Assembly (NCBI GenBank): GCA_017499595.2 | Contig: CM039007.1 | Coordinates: 2,232,001-2,296,000, forward strand | From: Psilocybe cubensis | Taxonomy: Eukaryota | Reading direction: 5' to 3' | DNA: 64,000 bases | Part shown: in pieces, positions 1-11,299 of the stretch | Numbering within the stretch: the first letter of the stretch is position 1 | Layout of the letters: the number at the start of each line of letters is the position of its first letter | The notes under the pieces: model-generated | Databases searched by the model: none | The model's input: the letters and a program-made list of their open reading frames with translations, nothing else | What the model was told of the DNA's origin: nothing | Translations under genes and position numbers: made by a program

Positions 1-2449
1 CAACTGGAGCACGCTGGCGGCGTGCAGGCTTAGGAGGAGGTGCAGGAACGGCCTCAGGCTGTGGCGGTTCAGCTGGCTGTTCAGGAGGCGCAATAGGCAC
101 TTCTGGCTCAATGACAGGACTTGGAGTAGAGTCATCCTCATCATCATCAAAATTGAAGCCATTAGAGTCCCCCCCTGAATTGGGAGGTGGTGCACTTGCA
201 GAAGAAGTGGGAAGAAGGTCAAACTTTGGCATAGGGCCAGTGGACACCCCAGGGAAGCACCTTTCGTCGAAATCAGCTCTCTCAGAGATAATGAACCTTT
301 TGGTGACTGGGTTGTAAAACTCCCAGCCCTTGTACCCAGTAGGATACCCAACAAAGATACACTTCTCCATATGAGGCTGCAACGATTTGCGCTTATCTCC
401 CTGAACATAAACATATGCAAGACAACCCCAAACCCTCAAATGACTAACATCAGGTTTGCGCTTGTTCCAGCTTTCATACGGAGTCTTGTCCGGTAGAGGA
501 GCTGTAGGAACACGATTCCATACATGCATGTATGCTGCAACACAGCGACCCCAAAACGAAGGTGGTACACGAGCCTCATTGAGCATGGAAGTAACATGTT
601 CTGCCATGGTGCGATTTGCACGCTCTGCAACTCCGTTCTGTTGTGGGCGATTTCGCGTTGTATGACGACGCTCAATGCCACACTGGTCAGTGAATTTGAT
701 GAAAGCATTTGACATGTATTCACCAGCTTTGTCATCCTGCAGCGCTTTGATCTTAAAGCCTAATTTGTTCTCAGCCCATGCTTTGTACGTTTGAAACGCA
801 CTGAATGCATCGCTTTTGCGCTTAAGAAGCACAGCAGCTCTACTCTTTGTATGGTCATCAATAAAGGTTATCCAGTAGCGATAGCCTTCAGGAGTAGGGG
901 GCGAGATAGGACCTTTCAGATCTGAGAAGATAAGCGCAAGCGGAACATCTGACATGCTTGGTGAAGAAGGAAATGGGTTGGAATGCATCTTGCCTGCAAG
1001 GCAAGGTTCACAAATGGGGTCAGGCTGTTGCTGTGAATTCAGCTTGAGTCCGGTGACCATACCCTCTCTAATCATCTTCTGGATATCAGTGTAGCTATGA
1101 TGAGCAAAGCGACGATGCCAGAGACTGATATCAAGGGGTAGAGTGGAATTGGAGGAAATGAAGGCAGATTCCGAAATAGGAACTGTATAACCGTTCAATA
1201 AAGCGCAGTTTGATGTACTAACATCTGCAGAGAAGAGACAAGCTCCTTTGCGATGAAACTCCATCAGATTAGCATCAATGGTGATTTTGAAGCCTTTGTG
1301 CTTTGTGAGATATAGAACAGACAGTAGATTGTTTCGGAGATCTGGTACATGTAAAACTCTAGTTAACTCGACGCCTCTTGACTTTATTCCATTTACAACT
1401 GGTTCAAAGAACACAGTGCCCACCCCTGCAGAATAAATAACTCGTTCATCTACTAATCGGATTGGAATGCGAAGGGGGGTGTAATTTCTAACCCAATTGC
1501 GATGGGGCGTCATATGAGAAGTCGCCCCTGTGTCTGCAATCCAATCGTCATTAGTTTGGGGTGAAATGGAAGAGGGAACATCGGTATTAAGAGCACTTGC
1601 ATTTCCAGCAAATTCCACGTCCTTGGACTCTTTTTCCTCACTGGATGCCTCTGAGGCCTTGTGCGCTCTATTGCCTTTGCGAGCCGCTTTGACACGCTCC
1701 TTCGCATCCTTTTGCGCAGCAATGAACTTGTGACACTTGTCCATTGCATGGTTGGTCATGTCACAAAATGCGCACTTGGGCTTGGATGCAGAAGGGGCTG
1801 GAGCGGTCTGGAACGCGGTGGCGAGTGCAGGCAACTCCGAAGCGCGGCGACGTCGCTGTATGTCCTCTGTGAAAAAGGCTTGATGAATTGTAGCCTTGTC
1901 CAACTTGTCCAAAAGGAGAAGTGAGGATGCAAATGAACTGTACTCTTCTGGGAGTGCCCTGACCAGAGCAAGCGAAGCAAGCTCTTCATCAAGCTTAGCC
2001 AGATCAAACCCCTTAGGGCGAAGCTGCTGAATTAGCAACATGGCTTGCTCAACTCTATTGATCAGGGTTTGAAGGTTTTCACCTTCCTCCTTTTGGATTG
2101 AGAACAGATCATCATATGCATTAAAGCGGTTGCCAGGGCGCTTTTGCTGATGTACAGCAGCGAGGGCATCCCACATCTTGATAGGATCATCCTTGATGGC
2201 TTCCACATGAACCCTCTGATCATTCTCCAAACTGAGATAGATCAAACCACATGCTTTGTCTCTCTGCTCAAAGTAGATTTCAAGCAAAGCTTCCTCCTGA
2301 GCAGTGGGCTTGTCTGAGAGCGTTGGCTGTGCTCTAGCACCGCTGACAATGCGCCATATCCCTTTAGACTGGAGATAGGCGGTCATCTGGCCTGCCCAGG
2401 TGTTGTAGTTGGTTGAGTTCAATGGAGTGATTTGGGGATCAGAAGTCAT
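1..2449 (-). CDS. Ty1/copia Gag-PR-IN polyprotein of the longer copy; continues past integrase and runs off the left edge
   Basis: Same ATG (cat at 2447-2449) and sequence as the 753-aa repeats. After RFIIS it continues ERADFDERCFPG... into a Pro/acidic linker instead of entering an LTR; no stop seen in the window. Confidence 0.85.
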   Translation of the reverse strand, partial: MTSDPQITPLNSTNYNTWAGQMTAYLQSKGIWRIVSGARAQPTLSDKPTAQEEALLEIYFEQRDKACGLIYLSLENDQRVHVEAIKDDPIKMWDALAAVHQQKRPGNRFNAYDDLFSIQKEEGENLQTLINRVEQAMLLIQQLRPKGFDLAKLDEELASLALVRALPEEYSSFASSLLLLDKLDKATIHQAFFTEDIQRRRRASELPALATAFQTAPAPSASKPKCAFCDMTNHAMDKCHKFIAAQKDAKERVKAARKGNRAHKASEASSEEKESKDVEFAGNASALNTDVPSSISPQTNDDWIADTGATSHMTPHRNWVRNYTPLRIPIRLVDERVIYSAGVGTVFFEPVVNGIKSRGVELTRVLHVPDLRNNLLSVLYLTKHKGFKITIDANLMEFHRKGACLFSADVSTSNCALLNGYTVPISESAFISSNSTLPLDISLWHRRFAHHSYTDIQKMIREGMVTGLKLNSQQQPDPICEPCLAGKMHSNPFPSSPSMSDVPLALIFSDLKGPISPPTPEGYRYWITFIDDHTKSRAAVLLKRKSDAFSAFQTYKAWAENKLGFKIKALQDDKAGEYMSNAFIKFTDQCGIERRHTTRNRPQQNGVAERANRTMAEHVTSMLNEARVPPSFWGRCVAAYMHVWNRVPTAPLPDKTPYESWNKRKPDVSHLRVWGCLAYVYVQGDKRKSLQPHMEKCIFVGYPTGYKGWEFYNPVTKRFIISERADFDERCFPGVSTGPMPKFDLLPTSSASAPPPNSGGDSNGFNFDDDEDDSTPSPVIEPEVPIAPPEQPAEPPQPEAVPAPPPKPARRQRAPV

Positions 2450-2840
2450 TATTGCGAATTGCGAAGGAACGCCTAAGCGGATGGATACGAGTGTTGGTAG
2501 TAATGTGTGGGGATGTGTAATGATGTGTGGAAACGAACTAGGCGTTACCCGGAGCTCGGGGTGCGATGCAAACGCAAGTTGAAAAGACGAAGTTAAACTA
2601 GCCTAATTTAAAAGGGTTACTTTTAACTAGAAATAACTCGGGGATTAGGCGACGGGGGCCCGCTCAACCGAGGTTAACAAGTCGCGTAAGGCGTGCTTGT
2701 TCAACCCTACTAGCAGCGGCAATGTATGGCCGGGCCTGGTAGAGGATAAAAAGCAAAAAGGACTAAAATGACCGTTTTGTGAAAACTATGCAGAAAGCAA
2801 CTTGGTTCGCAAAATACGGAATTGGAGCGCTTAGAGCGCG

Positions 2841-2852
2841 GGGCCCATAACC
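2841..2852 (-). promoter_or_regulatory. Primer-binding site GGTTATGGGCCC (internal tRNA-iMet, half-tRNA type), repeated at +2950 in the next five units
   Basis: Directly abuts the CA end of the LTR on the minus strand; matches the known copia/hemivirus PBS. Confidence 0.85.
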
Positions 2853-3231
2853 TGTTGAAGCAGGCGAGCTCGGGGCAGTGTGAGCTACTCGGCGACCTAG
2901 TTATAGAACGTAGGGGTGCAGGGATAAGCAAGCACGAAGCGTCTGAAGTCCGAAGTGAGTAACTGGGTGAATTGAGCAAAGTGCTAACAAACTAACCTGA
3001 AGTCCGAAGTGAGTAACTGGGGACTTCAGGATGTAAACTAGAGTGACTATATACTGTGTAGACTCAAGTACTCTGGTCTACCTAGGTCTACTCTGGCCCG
3101 GTCCAGACCAGTCTCTGGACTGATAAATATCATGTGTCTAGAATGGTCTGGAGAGCAAATGAAGATAAGAAGAAAGTAATCTAATCTGATAAGATAGCAA
3201 AGTGAGGGAGACATAGAAAGCAGTTTTAACA
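2853..3231 (-). repeat. Copia LTR 1 (379 bp, TGTTAAAA...TTCAACA)
   Basis: TG...CA termini, followed by the PBS; internal 25-bp duplication ctgaagtccgaagtgagtaactggg. Confidence 0.92.
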
Positions 3232-5399
3232 TCAGAGATAATGAACCTTTTGGTGACTGGGTTGTAAAACTCCCAGCCCTTGTACCCAGTAGGATACCCA
3301 ACAAAGATACACTTCTCCATATGAGGCTGCAACGATTTGCGCTTATCTCCCTGAACATAAACATATGCAAGACAACCCCAAACCCTCAAATGACTAACAT
3401 CAGGTTTGCGCTTGTTCCAGCTTTCATACGGAGTCTTGTCCGGTAGAGGAGCTGTAGGAACACGATTCCATACATGCATGTATGCTGCAACACAGCGACC
3501 CCAAAACGAAGGTGGTACACGAGCCTCATTGAGCATGGAAGTAACATGTTCTGCCATGGTGCGATTTGCACGCTCTGCAACTCCGTTCTGTTGTGGGCGA
3601 TTTCGCGTTGTATGACGACGCTCAATGCCACACTGGTCAGTGAATTTGATGAAAGCATTTGACATGTATTCACCAGCTTTGTCATCCTGCAGCGCTTTGA
3701 TCTTAAAGCCTAATTTGTTCTCAGCCCATGCTTTGTACGTTTGAAACGCACTGAATGCATCGCTTTTGCGCTTAAGAAGCACAGCAGCTCTACTCTTTGT
3801 ATGGTCATCAATAAAGATTATCCAGTAGCGATAGCCTTCAGGAGTAGGGGGCGAGATAGGACCTTTCAGATCTGAGAAGATAAGCGCAAGCGGAACATCT
3901 GACATGCTTGGTGAAGAAGGAAATGGGTTGGAATGCATCTTGCCTGCAAGGCAAGGTTCACAAATGGGGTCAGGCTGTTGCTGTGAATTCAGCTTGAATC
4001 CGGTGACCATACCCTCTCTAATCATCTTCTGGATATCAGTGTAGCTATGATGAGCAAAGCGACGATGCCAGAGACTGATATCAAGGGGTAGAGTGGAATT
4101 GGAGGAAATGAAGGCAGATTCCGAAATAGGAACTGTATAACCGTTCAATAAAGCGCAGTTTGATGTACTAACATCTGCAGAGAAGAGACAAGCTCCTTTG
4201 CGATGAAACTCCATCAGATTAGCATCAATGGTGATTTTGAAGCCTTTGTGCTTTGTGAGATATAGAACAGACAGTAGATTGTTTCGGAGATCTGGTACAT
4301 GTAAAACTCTAGTTAACTCGACGCCTCTTGACTTTATTCCATTTACAACTGGTTCAAAGAACACAGTGCCCACCCCTGCAGAATAAATAACTCGTTCATC
4401 TGCTAATCGGATTGGAATGCGAAGGGGGGTGTAATTTCTAACCCAATTGCGATGGGGCGTCATATGAGAAGTCGCCCCTGTGTCTGCAATCCAATCGTCA
4501 TTAGTTTGGGGTGAAATGGAAGAGGGAACATCGGTATTAAGAGCACTTGCATTTCCAGCAAATTCCATGTCCTTGGACTCTTTTTCCTCACTGGATGCCT
4601 CTGAGGCCTTGTGCGCTCTATTGCCTTTGCGAGCCGCTTTGACACGCTCCTTCGCATCCTTTTGCGCAGCAATGAACTTGTGACACTTGTCCATTGCATG
4701 GTTGGTCATGTCACAAAATGCGCACTTGGGCTTGGATGCAGAAGGGGCTGGAGCGGTCTGGAACGCGGTGGCGAGTGCAGGCAACTCCGAAGCGCGGCGA
4801 CGTCGCTGTATGTCCTCTGTGAAAAAGGCTTGATGAATTGTAGCCTTGTCCAACTTGTCCAAAAGGAGAAGTGAGGATGCAAATGAACTGTACTCTTCTG
4901 GGAGTGCCCTGACCAGAGCAAGCGAAGCAAGCTCTTCATCAAGCTTAGCCAGATCAAACCCCTTAGGGCGAAGCTGCTGAATTAGCAACATGGCTTGCTC
5001 AACTCTATTGATCAGGGTTTGAAGGTTTTCACCTTCCTCCTTTCGGATTGAGAACAGATCATCATATGCATTAAAGCGGTTGCCAGGGCGCTTTTGCTGA
5101 TGTACAGCAGCGAGGGCATGCCACATCTTGATAGGATCATCCTTGATGGCTTCCACATGAATCCTCTGATCATTCTCCAAACTGAGATAGATCAAACCAC
5201 ATGCTTTGTCTCTGTGCTCAAAGTAGGTTTCAAGCAAAGCTTCCTCCTGAGCAGTAGGCTTGTCTGAGAGCGTTGGCTGTGCTCTAGCACCGCTGATAAT
5301 GTGCCATATCCCTTTAGACTGGAGATAGGCGGTCATCTGGCCTGCCCAGGTGTTGTAGTTGGTTGAGTTCAATGGAGTGATTTGGGGATCAGAAGTCAT
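3138..5399 (-). CDS. Truncated copia Gag-protease-integrase, 753 aa, no RT/RNase H; stop lies inside the downstream LTR
   Basis: Gag N-term (LNSTNYNTW), CxxC-x4-H-x4-C knuckle, protease WIADTGATSHMT, LWHRRFAH..CEPC, integrase core (FSDL / QDDKAG / NGVAERANRT), HLRVWGC. Confidence 0.93.
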   Translation of the reverse strand: MTSDPQITPLNSTNYNTWAGQMTAYLQSKGIWHIISGARAQPTLSDKPTAQEEALLETYFEHRDKACGLIYLSLENDQRIHVEAIKDDPIKMWHALAAVHQQKRPGNRFNAYDDLFSIRKEEGENLQTLINRVEQAMLLIQQLRPKGFDLAKLDEELASLALVRALPEEYSSFASSLLLLDKLDKATIHQAFFTEDIQRRRRASELPALATAFQTAPAPSASKPKCAFCDMTNHAMDKCHKFIAAQKDAKERVKAARKGNRAHKASEASSEEKESKDMEFAGNASALNTDVPSSISPQTNDDWIADTGATSHMTPHRNWVRNYTPLRIPIRLADERVIYSAGVGTVFFEPVVNGIKSRGVELTRVLHVPDLRNNLLSVLYLTKHKGFKITIDANLMEFHRKGACLFSADVSTSNCALLNGYTVPISESAFISSNSTLPLDISLWHRRFAHHSYTDIQKMIREGMVTGFKLNSQQQPDPICEPCLAGKMHSNPFPSSPSMSDVPLALIFSDLKGPISPPTPEGYRYWIIFIDDHTKSRAAVLLKRKSDAFSAFQTYKAWAENKLGFKIKALQDDKAGEYMSNAFIKFTDQCGIERRHTTRNRPQQNGVAERANRTMAEHVTSMLNEARVPPSFWGRCVAAYMHVWNRVPTAPLPDKTPYESWNKRKPDVSHLRVWGCLAYVYVQGDKRKSLQPHMEKCIFVGYPTGYKGWEFYNPVTKRFIISDVKTAFYVSLTLLSYQIRLLSSYLHLLSRPF

Positions 5400-5802
5400 T
5401 ATTGCGAATTGCGAAGGAACGCCTAAGCGGATGGATACGAGTGTTGGTAGTAATGTGTGGGGATGTGTAATGATGTGTGGAAACGAACTAGGCGTTACCC
5501 GGAGCTCGGGGTGCGATGCAAACGCAAGTTGAAAAGACGAAGTTAAACTAGCCTAATTTAAAAGGGTTACTTTTAACTAGAAATAACTCGGGGATTAGGC
5601 GACGGGGGCCCGCTCAACCGAGGTTAACAAGTCGCGTAAGGCGTGCTTGTTCAACCCTACTAGCAGCGGCAATGTATGGCCGGGCCTGGTAGAGGATAAA
5701 AAGCAAAAAGGACTAAAATGACCGTTTTGTGAAAACTATGCAGAAAGCAACTTGGTTCGCAAAATACGGAATTGGAGCGCTTAGAGCGCGGGGCCCATAA
5801 CC

Positions 5803-6181
5803 TGTTGAAGCAGGCGAGCTCGGGGCAGTGTGAGCTACTCGGCGACCTAGTTATAGAACGTAGGGGTGCAGGGATAAGCAAGCACGAAGCGTCTGAAGTC
5901 CGAAGTGAGTAACTGGGTGAATTGAGCAAAGTGCTAACAAACTAACCTGAAGTCCGAAGTGAGTAACTGGGGACTTCAGGATGTAAACTAGAGTGACTAT
6001 ATACTGTGTAGACTCAAGTACTCTGGTCTACCTAGGTCTACTCTGGCCCGGTCCAGACCAGTCTCTGGACTGATAAATATCATGTGTCTAGAATGGTCTG
6101 GAGAGCAAATGAAGATAAGAAGAAAGTAATCTAATCTGATAAGATAGCAAAGTGAGGGAGACATAGAAAGCAGTTTTAACA
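5803..6181 (-). repeat. Copia LTR 2
   Basis: Copy of 2853-3231 at +2950. Confidence 0.92.
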
Positions 6182-8349
6182 TCAGAGATAATGAACCTTT
6201 TGGTGACTGGGTTGTAAAACTCCCAGCCCTTGTACCCAGTAGGATACCCAACAAAGATACACTTCTCCATATGAGGCTGCAACGATTTGCGCTTATCTCC
6301 CTGAACATAAACATATGCAAGACAACCCCAAACCCTCAAATGACTAACATCAGGTTTGCGCTTGTTCCAGCTTTCATACGGAGTCTTGTCCGGTAGAGGA
6401 GCTGTAGGAACACGATTCCATACATGCATGTATGCTGCAACACAGCGACCCCAAAACGAAGGTGGTACACGAGCCTCATTGAGCATGGAAGTAACATGTT
6501 CTGCCATGGTGCGATTTGCACGCTCTGCAACTCCGTTCTGTTGTGGGCGATTTCGCGTTGTATGACGACGCTCAATGCCACACTGGTCAGTGAATTTGAT
6601 GAAAGCATTTGACATGTATTCACCAGCTTTGTCATCCTGCAGCGCTTTGATCTTAAAGCCTAATTTGTTCTCAGCCCATGCTTTGTACGTTTGAAACGCA
6701 CTGAATGCATCGCTTTTGCGCTTAAAAAGCACAGCAGCTCTACTCTTTGTATGGTCATCAATAAAGATTATCCAGTAGCGATAGCCTTCAGGAGTAGGGG
6801 GCGAGATAGGACCTTTCAGATCTGAGAAGATAAGCGCAAGCGGAACATCTGACATGCTTGGTGAAGAAGGAAATGGGTTGGAATGCATCTTGCCTGCAAG
6901 GCAAGGTTCACAAATGGGGTCAGGCTGTTGCTGTGAATTCAGCTTGAATCCGGTGACCATACCCTCTCTAATCATCTTCTGGATATCAGTGTAGCTATGA
7001 TGAGCAAAGCGACGATGCCAGAGACTGATATCAAGGGGTAGAGTGGAATTGGAGGAAATGAAGGCAGATTCCGAAATAGGAACTGTATAACCGTTCAATA
7101 AAGCGCAGTTTGATGTACTAACATCTGCAGAGAAGAGACAAGCTCCTTTGCGATGAAACTCCATCAGATTAGCATCAATGGTGATTTTGAAGCCTTTGTG
7201 CTTTGTGAGATATAGAACAGACAGTAGATTGTTTCGGAGATCTGGTACATGTAAAACTCTAGTTAACTCGACGCCTCTTGACTTTATTCCATTTACAACT
7301 GGTTCAAAGAACACAGTGCCCACCCCTGCAGAATAAATAACTCGTTCATCTGCTAATCGGATTGGAATGCGAAGGGGGGTGTAATTTCTAACCCAATTGC
7401 GATGGGGCGTCATATGAGAAGTCGCCCCTGTGTCTGCAATCCAATCGTCATTAGTTTGGGGTGAAATGGAAGAGGGAACATCGGTATTAAGAGCACTTGC
7501 ATTTCCAGCAAATTCCATGTCCTTGGACTCTTTTTCCTCACTGGATGCCTCTGAGGCCTTGTGCGCTCTATTGCCTTTGCGAGCCGCTTTGACACGCTCC
7601 TTCGCATCCTTTTGCGCAGCAATGAACTTGTGACACTTGTCCATTGCATGGTTGGTCATGTCACAAAATGCGCACTTGGGCTTGGATGCAGAAGGGGCTG
7701 GAGCGGTCTGGAACGCGGTGGCGAGTGCAGGCAACTCCGAAGCGCGGCGACGTCGCTGTATGTCCTCTGTGAAAAAGGCTTGATGAATTGTAGCCTTGTC
7801 CAACTTGTCCAAAAGGAGAAGTGAGGATGCAAATGAACTGTACTCTTCTGGGAGTGCCCTGACCAGAGCAAGCGAAGCAAGCTCTTCATCAAGCTTAGCC
7901 AGATCAAACCCCTTAGGGCGAAGCTGCTGAATTAGCAACATGGCTTGCTCAACTCTATTGATCAGGGTTTGAAGGTTTTCACCTTCCTCCTTTCGGATTG
8001 AGAACAGATCATCATATGCATTAAAGCGGTTGCCAGGGCGCTTTTGCTGATGTACAGCAGCGAGGGCATGCCACATCTTGATAGGATCATCCTTGATGGC
8101 TTCCACATGAACCCTCTGATCATTCTCCAAACTGAGATAGATCAAACCACATGCTTTGTCTCTGTGCTCAAAGTAGGTTTCAAGCAAAGCTTCCTCCTGA
8201 GCAGTAGGCTTGTCTGAGAGCGTTGGCTGTGCTCTAGCACCGCTGATAATGTGCCATATCCCTTTAGACTGGAGATAGGCGGTCATCTGGCCTGCCCAGG
8301 TGTTGTAGTTGGTTGAGTTCAATGGAGTGATTTGGGGATCAGAAGTCAT
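6088..8349 (-). CDS. Truncated copia Gag-PR-IN, 753 aa
   Basis: ORF track; near-identical to 3138-5399. Confidence 0.93.
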   Translation of the reverse strand: MTSDPQITPLNSTNYNTWAGQMTAYLQSKGIWHIISGARAQPTLSDKPTAQEEALLETYFEHRDKACGLIYLSLENDQRVHVEAIKDDPIKMWHALAAVHQQKRPGNRFNAYDDLFSIRKEEGENLQTLINRVEQAMLLIQQLRPKGFDLAKLDEELASLALVRALPEEYSSFASSLLLLDKLDKATIHQAFFTEDIQRRRRASELPALATAFQTAPAPSASKPKCAFCDMTNHAMDKCHKFIAAQKDAKERVKAARKGNRAHKASEASSEEKESKDMEFAGNASALNTDVPSSISPQTNDDWIADTGATSHMTPHRNWVRNYTPLRIPIRLADERVIYSAGVGTVFFEPVVNGIKSRGVELTRVLHVPDLRNNLLSVLYLTKHKGFKITIDANLMEFHRKGACLFSADVSTSNCALLNGYTVPISESAFISSNSTLPLDISLWHRRFAHHSYTDIQKMIREGMVTGFKLNSQQQPDPICEPCLAGKMHSNPFPSSPSMSDVPLALIFSDLKGPISPPTPEGYRYWIIFIDDHTKSRAAVLFKRKSDAFSAFQTYKAWAENKLGFKIKALQDDKAGEYMSNAFIKFTDQCGIERRHTTRNRPQQNGVAERANRTMAEHVTSMLNEARVPPSFWGRCVAAYMHVWNRVPTAPLPDKTPYESWNKRKPDVSHLRVWGCLAYVYVQGDKRKSLQPHMEKCIFVGYPTGYKGWEFYNPVTKRFIISDVKTAFYVSLTLLSYQIRLLSSYLHLLSRPF

Positions 8350-8752
8350 TATTGCGAATTGCGAAGGAACGCCTAAGCGGATGGATACGAGTGTTGGTAG
8401 TAATGTGTGGGGATGTGTAATGATGTGTGGAAACGAACTAGGCGTTACCCGGAGCTCGGGGTGCGATGCAAACGCAAGTTGAAAAGACGAAGTTAAACTA
8501 GCCTAATTTAAAAGGGTTACTTTTAACTAGAAATAACTCGGGGATTAGGCGACGGGGGCCCGCTCAACCGAGGTTAACAAGTCGCGTAAGGCGTGCTTGT
8601 TCAACCCTACTAGCAGCGGCAATGTATGGCCGGGCCTGGTAGAGGATAAAAAGCAAAAAGGACTAAAATGACCGTTTTGTGAAAACTATGCAGAAGGCAA
8701 CTTGGTTCGCAAAATACGGAATTGGAGCGCTTAGAGCGCGGGGCCCATAACC

Positions 8753-9131
8753 TGTTGAAGCAGGCGAGCTCGGGGCAGTGTGAGCTACTCGGCGACCTAG
8801 TTATAGAACGTAGGGGTGCAGGGATAAGCAAGCACGAAGCGTCTGAAGTCCGAAGTGAGTAACTGGGTGAATTGAGCAAAGTGCTAACAAACTAACCTGA
8901 AGTCCGAAGTGAGTAACTGGGGACTTCAGGATGTAAACTAGAGTGACTATATACTGTGTAGACTCAAGTACTCTGGTCTACCTAGGTCTACTCTGGCCCG
9001 GTCCAGACCAGTCTCTGGACTGATAAATATCATGTGTCTAGAATGGTCTGGAGAGCAAATGAAGATAAGAAGAAAGTAATCTAATCTGATAAGATAGCAA
9101 AGTGAGGAAGACATAGAAAGCAGTTTTAACA
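8753..9131 (-). repeat. Copia LTR 3
   Basis: Copy at +5900. Confidence 0.92.
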
Positions 9132-11299
9132 TCAGAGATAATGAACCTTTTGGTGACTGGGTTGTAAAACTCCCAGCCCTTGTACCCAGTAGGATACCCA
9201 ACAAAGATACACTTCTCCATATGAGGCTGCAACGATTTGCGCTTATCTCCCTGAACATAAACATATGCAAGACAACCCCAAACCCTCAAATGACTAACAT
9301 CAGGTTTGCGCTTGTTCCAGCTTTCATACGGAGTCTTGTCCGGTAGAGGAGCTGTAGGAACACGATTCCATACATGCATGTATGCTGCAACACAGCGACC
9401 CCAAAACGAAGGTGGTACACGAGCCTCATTGAGCATGGAAGTAACATGTTCTGCCATGGTGCGATTTGCACGCTCTGCAACTCCGTTCTGTTGTGGGCGA
9501 TTTCGCGTTGTATGACGACGCTCAATGCCACACTGGTCAGTGAATTTGATGAAAGCATTTGACATGTATTCACCAGCTTTGTCATCCTGTAGCGCTTTGA
9601 TCTTAAAGCCTAATTTGTTCTCAGCCCATGCTTTGTACGTTTGAAACGCACTGAATGCATCGCTTTTGCGCTTAAGAAGCACAGCAGCTCTACTCTTTGT
9701 ATGGTCATCAATAATGGTTATCCAGTAGCAATAGCCTTCAGGAGTAGGGGGCGAGATAGGACCTTTCAGATCTGAGAAGATAAGCGCAAGCGGAACATCT
9801 GACATGCTTGGTGAAGAAGGAAATGGGTTGGAATGCATCTTGCCTGCAAGGCAAGGTTCACAAATGGGGTCAGGCTGTTGCTGTGAATTCAGCTTGAATC
9901 CGGTGACCATACCCTCTCTAATCATCTTCTGGATATCAGTGTAGCTATGATGAGCAAAGCGACGATGCCAGAGACTGATATCAAGGGGTAGAGTGGAATT
10001 GGAGGAAATGAAGGCAGATTCCGAAATAGGAACTGTATAACCGTTCAATAAAGCGCAGTTTGATGTACTAACATCTGCAGAGAAGAGACAAGCTCCTTTG
10101 CGATGAAACTCCATCAGATTAGCATCAATGGTGATTTTGAAGCCTTTGTGCTTTGTGAGATATAGAACAGACAGTAGATTGTTTCGGAGATCTGGTACAT
10201 GTAAAACTCTAGTTAACTCGACGCCTCTTGACTTTATTCCATTTACAACTGGTTCAAAGAACACAGTGCCCACCCCTGCAGAATAAATAACTCGTTCATC
10301 TGCTAATCGGATTGGAATGCGAAGGGGGGTGTAATTTCTAACCCAATTGCGATGGGGCGTCATATGAGAAGTCGCCCCTGTGTCTGCAATCCAATCGTCA
10401 TTAGTTTGGGGTGAAATGGAAGAGGGAACATCGGTATTAAGAGCACTTGCATTTCCAGCAAATTCCATGTCCTTGGACTCTTTTTCCTCACTGGATGCCT
10501 CTGAGGCCTTGTGCGCTCTATTGCCTTTGCGAGCCGCTTTGACACGCTCCTTCGCATCCTTTTGCGCAGCAATGAACTTGTGACACTTGTCCATTGCATG
10601 GTTGGTCATGTCACAAAATGCGCACTTGGGCTTGGATGCAGAAGGGGCTGGAGCGGTCTGGAACGCGGTGGCGAGTGCAGGCAACTCCGAAGCGCGGCGA
10701 CGTCGCTGTATGTCCTCTGTGAAAAAGGCTTGATGAATTGTAGCCTTGTCCAACTTGTCCAAAAGGAGAAGTGAGGATGCAAATGAACTGTACTCTTCTG
10801 GGAGTGCCCTGACCAGAGCAAGCGAAGCAAGCTCTTCATCAAGCTTAGCCAGATCAAACCCCTTAGGGCGAAGCTGCTGAATTAGCAACATGGCTTGCTC
10901 AACTCTATTGATCAGGGTTTGAAGGTTTTCACCTTCCTCCTTTCGGATTGAGAACAGATCATCATATGCATTAAAGCGGTTGCCAGGGCGCTTTTGCTGA
11001 TGTACAGCAGCGAGGGCATGCCACATCTTGATAGGATCATCCTTGATGGCTTCCACATGAACCCTCTGATCATTCTCCAAACTGAGATAGATCAAACCAC
11101 ATGCTTTGTCTCTGTGCTCAAAGTAGGTTTCAAGCAAAGCTTCCTCCTGAGCAGTAGGCTTGTCTGAGAGCGTTGGCTGTGCTCTAGCACCGCTGATAAT
11201 GTGCCATATCCCTTTAGACTGGAGATAGGCGGTCATCTGGCCTGCCCAGGTGTTGTAGTTGGTTGAGTTCAATGGAGTGATTTGGGGATCAGAAGTCAT
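9038..11299 (-). CDS. Truncated copia Gag-PR-IN, 753 aa
   Basis: ORF track; carries the GYCYWITII variant. Confidence 0.93.
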   Translation of the reverse strand: MTSDPQITPLNSTNYNTWAGQMTAYLQSKGIWHIISGARAQPTLSDKPTAQEEALLETYFEHRDKACGLIYLSLENDQRVHVEAIKDDPIKMWHALAAVHQQKRPGNRFNAYDDLFSIRKEEGENLQTLINRVEQAMLLIQQLRPKGFDLAKLDEELASLALVRALPEEYSSFASSLLLLDKLDKATIHQAFFTEDIQRRRRASELPALATAFQTAPAPSASKPKCAFCDMTNHAMDKCHKFIAAQKDAKERVKAARKGNRAHKASEASSEEKESKDMEFAGNASALNTDVPSSISPQTNDDWIADTGATSHMTPHRNWVRNYTPLRIPIRLADERVIYSAGVGTVFFEPVVNGIKSRGVELTRVLHVPDLRNNLLSVLYLTKHKGFKITIDANLMEFHRKGACLFSADVSTSNCALLNGYTVPISESAFISSNSTLPLDISLWHRRFAHHSYTDIQKMIREGMVTGFKLNSQQQPDPICEPCLAGKMHSNPFPSSPSMSDVPLALIFSDLKGPISPPTPEGYCYWITIIDDHTKSRAAVLLKRKSDAFSAFQTYKAWAENKLGFKIKALQDDKAGEYMSNAFIKFTDQCGIERRHTTRNRPQQNGVAERANRTMAEHVTSMLNEARVPPSFWGRCVAAYMHVWNRVPTAPLPDKTPYESWNKRKPDVSHLRVWGCLAYVYVQGDKRKSLQPHMEKCIFVGYPTGYKGWEFYNPVTKRFIISDVKTAFYVFLTLLSYQIRLLSSYLHLLSRPF

